Below, piece by piece: positions 12,930-24,248 of a DNA stretch of 64,000 bases (its first letter is position 1; each line of letters begins with the position of its first letter). This DNA comes from Utricularia gibba. Its lineage: Eukaryota > Plantae > Magnoliophyta. The notes beneath the pieces were generated by a model. That model saw only the letters and a list, made by a program, of their open reading frames with translations, did not search any database and had not been told where the DNA came from. The position numbers and the translations under genes were made by a program. The stretch covers positions 1,488,001 through 1,552,000 of the forward strand of contig NEEC01000011.1 of assembly GCA_002189035.1 (NCBI GenBank), written 5' to 3'.

Positions 12930-14420
12930 ACAATTTTATGAGTGAATCGGCTAATTGCTCCTCATATGGCACATGCTCCACCTCAATTATTTTTCCTTTT
13001 ACATTAAGTGCATGTTACTTGACATTGATATGGTTGCATCTGGAGAAGAACACATTATTTTCAGCCATGCATATTGCTGATTTGTTGTCGAGATTAAGTT
13101 CGATTGGTTTCTTCACCATCATGTTCAAGTCTTCAAACAGTTTTAGTAACAAGAAGGCATGATTATCTGTTGTAGATCCTCCCATGTATTTTACTTCTAC
13201 AGAGGACTATGCTACGATCTATCGTCTTTTGTTGTTCCATGCAAAGGCAGTTCTACCAATTAGAAAGACATAGCCAGTTGTGGACTTAAAGTCGCTAATA
13301 TCACCTAAAAAATTGCTATGTACAAAGCACTTGATGGATAGATCAGTATATTTCTTGAAGGCTAAGTGAAAATTTAAAGTGCATCTAGTGTAATTTAAGA
13401 CTCGTAAGGCACTTTAAAAGTGGTTGTAGTGAGGCTTACTCATAAACCTGGACAAGAGATTTATTGTGAAGGCGATGTCAAGTTTATTATATGTGAGGTA
13501 TATTAACGATCATATGACTCTTTTGTAGGTAGTCTCGTTCACCAGGTTATTAGGATCATAGATAACTCCTTTGTTTTCCTTTGAGATTACCATTGGTTTA
13601 GCATTAGGTGAGATAGGGACTGAAGCATATTTTATTTTATGCAATTTGTATCTTTGGATCAAATCACTAGCATATTTCTTTTGACTCAAATATATAACTT
13701 TCACTATTTATGTGACTTCAACTCTTAGGAAATAGCTTATTAGTCCAAGATTAGTTATTTCAAAGGTACTCAAGAATATCCTTTTTTATTAGTTTAAACT
13801 TCAACTTCATTTCTTTCAACAATTAGGATGTCATCTAGATAAAATGATAGAATTATAGTGTTCTATTCATCACGCTTTAGCACATAAAGTCTAGGGTCGT
13901 TTTCATTTCTAACAAATCCTTGCTATTCTAGATATGTATCTATTTTGCTATACGACTCCATCAAGATTTGCTTGAGGCCATATAATGTTTTGTGTAATAT
14001 ACGCACCTCATTTTCATTTCCAAGTTCAGCGAAGCTTGGTGGTTGGTCTACACAAATTTCCTCACTTAGTCTCCATTCAAAAAGACCAATTTTACATCCA
14101 GGTGATACACGTTCCATCTTTTGGTTGCTGCAATTCCAAGTAGGAGTTTAATAATATCTAATATTGCAACTGATGCAAATGACCCTTGATAATAAATTCC
14201 TTCCCGTTGGCTAGAACCTTTTGCAACTAATCTGGCTTTCAACTTATTCACAACGCCATCTGAATTTAGTTTCAATCTATGCACCCAATTAGTTTCATTT
14301 TTTATTCTTGGGTCTTTCAACTAAAGACTAAGTTCCATTCTTTCTTATGAAGTCTAATTCAGTTACCATGACTTGATTCCAACAAAGATGCTTGAAAGAT
14401 TTGGCTAAATTTTTTAGTTC
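12930..14420 (-). mobile_element. Ty1/Copia RT-RNaseH remnant (opposite orientation)
   Basis: WVHRLKLNSDGVVNKLKARLVAKGSSQREGIYY...WNVYHLDVKLVFLNGD, ILHKTLYGLKQ, YLSQKKYASDLI, and an RNaseH tail HINVK.H...IEVEHVPYEEQLAD near 12940-13050. Confidence 0.9.
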
Positions 14421-15286
14421 TTTAGCTGAAAAAGCTTTCCCTACTATATTTTCTAATAAGTTCATAGATTACATCTTTATAGTTGTATTCCTAACAGAAA
14501 TAAGTATAGTCATTGCCTTTTGGAAATCTGAACCAGTTGGCATGTTAGGCTGATTCATAGGACCTTCTTCCTCTCAATTTTGATCTCTTAGGTCTAGACC
14601 CATACAGCTTGGCCCATCGTATAGTCCAGTTTTCTATGCAATGTGTTTTCGTCTTCTTCATGATCTAGTGCTTTGAGGCAGCATTCCTCTTACTTCCATG
14701 ATTTCACCAAGTAGAGTTGAACTGTCTCTTCATCCTCTAACAAAGGAGCGTGACTCTAGGTTATTTGGTGACTTGACATGTTTTAACTCAAGACCAACTA
14801 ATAGATCATTTAACAAAATGAATGACAAGTGGGAGTCTGTTGTATTTTAGAAGCAAACTTAGCCACAAATCGCAATGAAATTTGAGGGAGTGTGTTGAAA
14901 AGGACCATTAGATAAATAATAAGGTAGGAATATTGAATGATAAGGATACGGGAGATAAGAAGTATGATGTTTCTAAATGAGAATGTTAAGTCAAATGATA
15001 ATCTAAGTCATCAATACGTGTATATGGTATGGTTAATCATTCGATCCATTAGAGTGATCATGGCAATTTGTTACATCTTATAAAGAAGGAAATAACTTCA
15101 ACACATGGATGTAATATTAGAACATGCATGGAAAGATGCTTCATCTAGAGAATTGCTGCTGCATGCATGAAAATATGCTATTTTTTTTAGTATTTGAAGG
15201 ATACTCAATATACATATTGTATATTTACATACATTAATAACACATATTTTATTAGTGTTTTTATGTTATGAAATTGAGATCATTAA

Positions 15287-16520
15287 TGATAAAATCATCT
15301 ATTTTAATTATGATTTTTAATATTTCGTTAACTATAGTGTTATTTGTATTTTTATGCATAATATAAACTAAATTGATGATTCAGTCTATATTATGATTTC
15401 TAATATTCTTCTAAGTGTTAGTGGTAACATTATGAATCAAATTTAGTTAGTTTGTATGCACAAGTCGATAGGTACAAGATATAAGAAGGAGACGTGATTA
15501 ACATTCAGCCGCCCTGAGTTTGCATGTTCAGATTAGGAACCGTATGAATGTTAGAAACAATGTACTGACTTTGAAAAATTAGTATTTTTTTGGAGAGGGG
15601 AAGGAAAAAAAACACGACCAAACCCCAGGAGGAGAGGGAGAACACGAAGGAAGGAAGAAGAAGACGATTTTTCAAAAGAAAAATCTCAAATATGAAGAAC
15701 AAGCATCGAAACTCAATTCAACGCTACTGTTCCACGTTTTGAACAGTAGCAGATGGAAACAAAACACTTTATTTGCTTAGTTTGCTAAACACTTTACTTT
15801 CATTGATTGTTTTTTTGACAATATTAGGATATTTTCTTCAGTCTATAACTATGAAATCTTACTTTATTCTCTATACATGAGTAGCTAAACCTTAGGGATG
15901 CATTAAGGTATAGAATGATGATGTGGGGTTAGGGTTAATAATGCAATTGATCTTTATTTCTTACTTCTTGTTTGGATCATTTGATGGGTAGACCTAAGGA
16001 AGTGAACAACAAATCCAGGCGAGGACGGTACAACCGGGTAGACCTAGTTCTATACACTTTGCATGCGGGTAGACCTAATTGCGATGTTGGAGATGATATT
16101 GAGGACTATATGAGCCAAAAACATGATGAATGACCTAAGTAGATTTAGGTTGTTTGAAGTTGTGAATATAGAAACTTTTTAGATTAAATTAGCTATCTTA
16201 AAACCACATCACCTACATATATTTAAGGCATCTTAGTATTACTCTGTGTTAGAACTAGTATTTGTTACCTTCAGCGTTGAAACTTGATCATGTTTACTGA
16301 ACTTGCTTACTATTGTTAGGTTTAGCGTTGACTAAGACCCACTGTTATACCGAATTTTGCATCACGAGAAATACATTGCAAGCATCAACTCTTTGTGATC
16401 GACTCCGAATTCCATTTTACATTTTGTATTTAATTTGTATTTTATGAGAATTAGGGATTATAAATTTATTTGGTACAAAAATTTTATTTTTACAACGACA
16501 TTAGGAATTTTCGTTTATCA
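15287..16520 (+). mobile_element. Putative solo LTR-like element (~1.2 kb), no TSD
   Basis: TGATAAA at 15287 and TTTATCA at 16514-16520 form a 7-bp terminal inverted repeat, and the interior resembles Gypsy LTRs. Flanks ATTAA/TACAT do not match, so the boundaries are uncertain. Confidence 0.45.
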
Positions 16521-19500
16521 TACATTCATCAACTTTAAATTATCCTCTTCTATAAAAAAACTTTGTAATATATGAAACAAAGTGCATGGTATATAATTGA
16601 TTCGATTCCTCTTTATGTATACACATTTATAGTCCCATGTATATTTTTTTTTACATTAAGAAGCATCACTGATGCTTAAATAGATTTTATATTATTTAAG
16701 GAACAAAAAATGTGTTATGAAATATCACACCTCAAATTTAGTGCAAAGAAAAATAGTCAATGTACAAAATCAAATATTTGAATTTTAGAATTTGGAAAAC
16801 TGATAGATATCCATACTGTTATACTCAAATGGTACTTATTTTTTACCCTCATCATAATTAGAAAATTATGTGTTCTAAGACATTTATATTCCAGGATTGT
16901 AACAAATTTCCGGATACAATTGGAATACTAAGCTTCTTAACACAATTTTCCTAATACAACATAACAACATATATTAATGTTTTGGGTAATTGTAAATCTT
17001 TCAATACTTATGAACTTCCTTAATTGTAGAATATTCACATCCAAATGTTTTTTACATAGTAATTATGTCATCTAATTTATATTATTATTTCAAAAATAAT
17101 ATGACATACTCATCAATTTTTAGTACATTTTCTTTTTGTTTAATCAATATGTAAGAAAAAAAGAATATTGTGTTTAATTGATAAATAGAATAAAATTATA
17201 TTAAGATGGACAAATTCTACTTAATGTCCATAAACACAACACTCGTCACTAGAATATCAATATTTATAATGATTAATTTCGTATGTTTCGAATTATCAAC
17301 ATTATCAAAAATGAATATTAAATGTCTTGTTTCATATTAGTAGACAATATACTTCAATTACTTGATTTTTGCATTGGTTGGTAGAATTTCTAAATGTATA
17401 TGAGTAACATTATTGTTCTCCATTTCTCATGGAGCAGATGAACTTAGATAATCTTTTTCATTTACTTCATAATTGGTCAAATTCTTTTACTCAATGTCTT
17501 GTTCATGTAATGAAGTCCACACAATGTATTGAAAAGTGCTACATCATATAGAAATTGAAACTCGAATATGTGCAATCATTAGTTTGACATCCATCCTTTG
17601 CATGTGCTTCCTATTACCAATGTTACGAGCTATTCTTTATCATCCTCATCTAAGAAATAAATAAAATATGATATGATAATATGTTTAAAGAAAATATGGA
17701 ATCAAAATATATATACATAAAAAAAAAATTATACGATACTTTTCTAACATTTAATGAAACCTAAAGCTATCTAGGCATTATAATCTTATGTATTTTGATA
17801 AAATGACATATACGAAACTAGTGCTTTAATCTTCACTTAAATCTCATAAATTAATTATGATCCTAATTTCTATCTTAAATGATATTGTAAAGTGATTTGT
17901 GTGAACAATAAATAAGTATTTTACAATGTCAAACAATGCACACATGAGATAATAGTGCATTAGTCTTACATAACTTCATAAAAGTGACAATATTGTCAAT
18001 GAAAATTGGTATCAAATGAAATAAAAAAACATGCATGATGCATCAAATGAAACACAAATTCAATGAACGATTGAATTAGTAATCTCAACATACATCTAAA
18101 ATGTTCAATAAATACTATATAAACATAAAATCCCACATATTACTGTGGTTAATTTGAAAGTTGTTATTATCTTCCTTATTTGAAATAACAAAATTCAATG
18201 ACACAATGTATTTTTGTTTGATTTTAGCTTGAATTCATCTGTTATGTTAATATAATTCTCAAACTTTCAAAATATTAAAAAATTGATTTACATTAAAACC
18301 CAAAAATGCTAGTAATTTAAATAAATAATAAATAAATTCTTAAAAATATTTATAGAAATAAAAAAAATTGTTAAAATATTTATCGTAATTTAAAGAAATT
18401 ACAAAAATTTTTGAAAACCTTTGTCATAACATAAATCAAAAATAAATTCTTAAAATCATTTATAGTAATCTAAAAATTTAAAAATTAAAATTTTACTATT
18501 AATTTATAAACAAAAAATCAATTTTTTTGAAAAAATTATTAATAATTTCAAAGTCAAAAGAAATTTTAAAAAAATTATAAGACATTTTTAGTACTTTAAA
18601 GAATTCAAAAAATAGAAAAACAATTACTACTAGAACAAATGACTTGTTGTATTGTAAGTATTTACATGAACTAATTAATGGAGCAGGTAAACCAGAACTG
18701 ATTACACATGCGAAATGGAAGAAAATAAATATAAAGACACTTTTATTTGAAAATGGATAGATGCACGTATGCATCATCAAATGAGTGACATCAAAGATGC
18801 TATGATACTATGAAAGCTTAGAAATACACTTTTAATAATGAATTTTCAAAGGTAAAATATCCTATACAAAAATTTCTAATTTTTAATTCAATAAATAGAA
18901 TTTTATATTTAATATCTTATAACACATACCAAATCCAATATATGAAAAAATATTAACTTTTTCTTACAATTCACTTTCAAATATACCAAACAAGGCTTAC
19001 TTGTCCATTACATAGATCTGCATATAAGTCCACAAATATGGGCCTTATTAACAGAGATTATCGGGCCAAAAAGCCCACTTGCGCTGCCGTGTAGCCCATT
19101 GAGCCGACGCACTATTTTCACGAATGATGCAACTTCTTATCCTGGAAACCAAGCCCTAGATATTTTACCAGATATATTAGCCTATGAGTAATTAAATTTT
19201 TTTAAAAAAAATATTTTTAAAATTCTGGATTGAATTAGTTTATAATTTTTATATAAATTCTGGATTGAATTAATTCATAATTTTTTGCGTTCAGTTTAAT
19301 AATTTTAATAAAAAATGTTATTTTTAAATTTAAAAAAATAAATTGAAATAATTAATTTTATTTTTTATAATAAATTGAATTCGATTCAATATATTTAAAA
19401 AATATTCAATTATAAATATATCGAAGAATGTATTAAACCCCATTTTAAAACATTGTTATGAAAGTATATCCACTATAAACATACAACCACGAATCTATTT

Positions 19501-21311
19501 TCTAACATTTGGTTTGAAAGCCAAATCTACATTAGAAACATTGTATTATAATTAATACATTATAAAAAAAATTAAGTTGACCTCATGGGCTAGTAAGTCA
19601 AAAGGCGCTGCTGCGCATTCTTCACAATTCGGTACAGTCGACAAGTTGACTCGCCTAACATTGTGTATTATGGACCATTAAGAATATTACTGGAATAGTC
19701 CCGTTTAGAATTACAGTATTACCCTCTGCGTCGGACCCCACACCAAATTGTGCTTGGGGAATGATTGGCTACCGCGGAACACAGTATCGCACCATGCGGC
19801 GGAGCGGGGATTGGTTGGTTGCCTTGGTGGGCCACCTGGTACCGCAAAAGTGAAATCAAAATGCTTCAGGATAATTATCATCCAAACACGACAAGACAAA
19901 ACAAAACAATTTTTTAAATATTAGAAAAAATTAAAATATGGATACACTACATTGGAATATCCCATCTTATAATTAGGGTGGGTATCGCACCGGATATCAT
20001 GGGATTTATTTTAACTGAGATTTGGAAGTGAGATTAGAATTGATTTGATTGAAATTTAATTATATTTATCTGCTTGATTGCATATTTGATTCAAAATACA
20101 TAATTATCTTCGTTTAGATTAAAACCCTAAACATCAATAATTAAGATTTCTTGTTCATTTTGAAGGCATAGGATAATTGTTCTTTTCTTTTTTTAATTTA
20201 ATTGTCGTAAGATATCGAGTTTTATGATCAATAATCACAAATTAATCATTCATCATTTCTCTTACACTTACATTATCAGAGTAATGATATACTACATTAG
20301 TTTTAGAAAGAGAACATGTTTAATCAGAAAAACTATTTTAATTTTGTATGAAACATTTTATTTCGAAAGAACATAATATAAAATCGTGATAGTTAGATGT
20401 CTAAAATGAACAATATGGTATAATGTAAATTGAATATTTACATTTGAGTTAACCAAATATATAAAACATACATATAACATACATTCCAAAACAGCCATTT
20501 TTCTCAATGGTATGCCCAAATCATGATCCCTTTTTCTTCAAGATTCTGACTGGATTCTCGTTTCTTGATTTTTGCGTTAACCAACCTCATTACTTAAGGC
20601 TCACTCTACCAATCGAAACCCATCCATTCAGACATGTTACGTCCCTATTTTTTTTAACGTCGTACAACTTCCAGTGCAGTGAGTACTTGGAGTGTTGGTG
20701 ATTAATTAATATATTCGGGATGGAAGACCACAACCTGCATATATTATTACAATGTGTCATTGATGATGCATCCCTTTGGACATTGCAACACTTGCGAGTA
20801 AGTCAATGAAATTTGAAACAAATTGAGTTTATGCAAGGCGCAGGGTCAGGCTCCAGTACGGCAGGGGGGCATCGCTATTTGTGGACCAGCAAATCGCAGA
20901 AGACTTCTGTCACCCGCCGCACGTGAAATGTTGGCACACGAGCTTATCACCATCGCCCACCTGTCCCTCCCTCAATTTTCCCCCCTTTTGATTAATTATT
21001 GTAACACAATTAAAAATCCATAAGCACTTTTCTAAATACATATTTAATAATGCATTAGATTGAATAATTAAAATAATTAGAAAATAAGAAATTTGAAATA
21101 ACCCATTTTAAAATCTTTAGATGCCGTTTTATAGTAGATAGGTTTAAGTATATTGAAGTATAATGTAATTAATTATATATATTTAATTATATATAATGTT
21201 TGATATTCTAGAATATAATATAAAAAGTATGAAAATAATTAGTCTCTCATTCATTTATGTATATTATCTACATGTTAAAAAAATGAATATACAAATGTTA
21301 TAATCATACAA

Positions 21312-21315
<4 letters not shown>

Positions 21316-21354
<39 letters not shown>
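21316..21354. repeat. (AT)~19 microsatellite ~370 bp upstream of the PIN start codon
   Basis: Direct inspection. Confidence 0.95.
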
Positions 21355-21357
<3 letters not shown>

Positions 21358-21727
21358 TAAACAGTAGTATATTTATAAACTTAGATATAAATCTTCTACA
21401 TCCAATTATCAAAAATACTCTTACCCTAATGACATTTGACTTCTAAATTGGGAATTTACAGGGTTGCGTTGGTGAAAATAAAAAAAGGAAAATAATTATA
21501 AAAAAGTTTTTACTATTTGCATGTACGGGTTTGAAGGTAAAATGGTGACATGGACGTATTTATAGTTGCCTTGTATGTGATGATTCCTCCTCAGTCAATT
21601 AACTCTCCCCTGTCGAGAGCTGAACCAGATCAGAAAGTGTACGCCATTTTCTCCTCTCCTTTGACAGTTGCATAACTACTTTTTCCCCTTTCCTCCGCCG
21701 CCGAAGCTTCTCCGACCGCCGGGAAAC

Positions 21728-24248
21728 ATGATTACTTTGCATGATCTATACGTGGTCCTCACGGCGGTGATTCCTCTGTACGTTGCCATGATACTGGCCT
21801 ACGGCTCCGTGCGCTGGTGGAAAATCTTCACTCCCGATCAGTGCTCCGGCATCAACCGCTTTGTTGCAATCTTTGCCGTTCCTCTGCTTTCCTTCCATTT
21901 CATCTCCCAGAACAACATCTATGCGATGAATTTCAGATTCATAGCGGCAGACACTGTTCAGAAATTGATCATGCTTGCGCTGTTGTTCATTTGGGCGAAT
22001 TTGAGTAGAAGGGGAAGCCTGGAATGGTCGATTACCATTTTCTCGCTCTCCACTCTGCCAAACACTCTGGTAATGGGGATTCCCTTACTTATCGCTATGT
22101 ACGGCGAGTATTCTGGCAGCCTCATGGTGCAGATCGTGGTGCTGCAGTGTATCATCTGGTACACTCTTTTGCTTTTCCTGTTCGAGTACCGTGGGGCGAA
22201 AATGCTGATATCGGAACAGTTCCCGGAGACGGCGGCGTCCATTGTGTCGTTTAAGGTTGAATCCGATGTCGTGTCACTCGACGGGCAGGATTTTCTGGAA
22301 ACGGACGCGGAGATTGGGAACGACGGCAAGCTTCACGTTACTGTGAGGAAATCAAATGCTTCTCGGAGGTCTTTGGGGCCTGGATCTTTCCATGGGATTA
22401 CGCCGCGGCCGTCGAATTTGACCGGAGCTGAAATTTACAGTTTGAGTTCTTCAAGAAATCCGACGCCGAGAGGGTCGAATTTTAACCACGCTGATTTCTA
22501 TTCGATGATGGGGTTCCCGGGAGATTGTCGAATTTCGGCAACTCCGATACCGGGAGACTGTCGAATTTCAATGTTGCCGATATGTATTCCGTACAGTCAT
22601 CGCGTGGGCCAACTCCCCGTCCGTCGAATTTCGAGGAAAACTCTGCCCCGGCAGCGGCGGTGGCGGCGGCGGCTGTGACGAATTCCCCAAAATTTGGTTA
22701 CTACGCCGCGCCGCCGGTGGCTTCTGCGGCGGCTGCAGCTTCTTACCCCGCACCGAATCCCGGAATCTCCTCCAGCGCGCCGCCCAAACCTGTGAAATCT
22801 CAGCAGCCCCAACAGATTTCGAAATCCCATAGCGATGCTAAGGAGCTTCACATGTTCGTCTGGAGTTCAAGCGCTTCCCCTGTTTCTGAAGTTGGCACCG
22901 GCGGCGGCCTGCATGTTTTCAACGCGCCGGAGTTAGAACAGCCGGGAAGATCCGATCAAAGCACTAAAGAAATCAGATTACTAGTTAATGACCATCCCCA
23001 GAAGGGAGAAACCAGAGGTAATTTATCAGTAATTTTTTTTCACTCTTAAACCTCCACTTGTCTGCTCATTCCTCGTTTTCTTCAGCCGCCAGAGAAACTC
23101 CCAATGAAGATTTCAGTTTCGCGAAAGGACTCCTGGAGGAGGATAAAGACAAAGAGGAACCCACCGGCCTCCCCAAACTGGGCTCCACTTCCACCACCGA
23201 ACATGACCCGAAAAGCGGCGGCGATGATCCCGCTCCTCGGAAACACATGCCGCCGGCGAGTGTAATGACCCGGCTCATCCTGATCATGGTTTGGCGTAAG
23301 CTTATCCGCAATCCCAACACATACTCCAGCCTCATCGGCTTAATCTGGTCCTTGGTCGCATTTCGGTAACGAAATCTTTCTGCAAACATTTAAACTCTGA
23401 AACCTTGTGCTTCCTCCCGATACTAACACAATTGTGGTTTGATCTCGTAGCTGGAATGTTCACATGCCTAAAATAGTAGAGAAATCAATCTCCATCCTCT
23501 CCGACGCCGGCCTCGGAATGGCCATGTTCAGCTTAGGTTGGTGATTACATCTTGATCGTCCATTTTGCTTTCTTTTTTCTCCCTGAAAGCTCCCACTCCC
23601 ATAACTGTCATTAAAATTGACGAAGGCCGACACATGGGTCCGACGCCCAGCGGCCCTGGACTGGACTGGGACTGGGACTTGTTAATTTGTCGCCGAGAGA
23701 GCTGGTGGTTGGGATTTAATTCACCGCAGCGGTAACTTTTTCTGGTGTGTTGTGTTTGGCAGGTCTTTTCATGGCCCTCCAGCCTAAAATCATTGCCTGC
23801 GGCAACACCATGGCCGCCTTCGCCATGGCCATCAGGTTCCTCACCGGCCCCGCCGTCATGGCCTTCGCCTCCATCGTCGTCGGCCTCCGCGGCACGCTTC
23901 TCCACGTCGCCATCGTTCAGGCGGCTCTTCCACAAGGCATCGTCCCCTTCGTCTTCGCTAAAGAGTACAACGTCCACCCCGCCATTCTCAGCACAGCGTA
24001 AGTTTTTTAGTATTTTCGAAAATTAATCATTCTAATATTCTATTTTACATACTTAGATTAAAAATTTACATATAGAACGATTATTTTTCAATTTTTCAAA
24101 TTCATCCTACAACAAACAATGCAGCCACTTGACCCATTTGAATTCTAAAATCTTTTTTTTTTATTTCCTCCTTTTTGGCAGGGTCATTTTTGGAATGCTG
24201 ATTGCTCTGCCCATAACCTTGGTGTATTACATCCTCCTGGGATTGTGA
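21728..24248 (+). CDS. PIN3: Long PIN auxin efflux carrier, PIN3/4/7-like; 5 exons (21728-23017, 23086-23365, 23451-23536, 23763-23997, 24182-24248); apparent 1-nt deletion at 22516-22521; 652 aa if restored
   Basis: [32 protein letters not shown]-terminus, three TPRxSN motifs, [17 protein letters not shown], and C-terminal ...[21 protein letters not shown]. All introns are GT-AG and phase-compatible. Loop motifs favour the PIN3/4/7 clade; the symbol denotes clade only. Confidence 0.93.

Noticed and set aside
17400-19000. Short ORFs and possible transposase traces in AT-rich DNA (for example 18499-18780)
   Set aside because: Low-complexity F/I/K/L-rich translations with no recognisable motif.
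19035-19170. Cluster of site II-like motifs (TGGGCC/AGCCCA) as an orphan promoter
   Set aside because: No adjacent ORF or RNA gene; such clusters are common in TE ends (similar at 32990-33170).
21958-23977. Antisense and alternate-frame ORFs over PIN (also over the PRP, HIPP, BAT1 and RING genes)
   Set aside because: Shadow ORFs caused by GC-rich codon usage of the real genes; no independent motifs.
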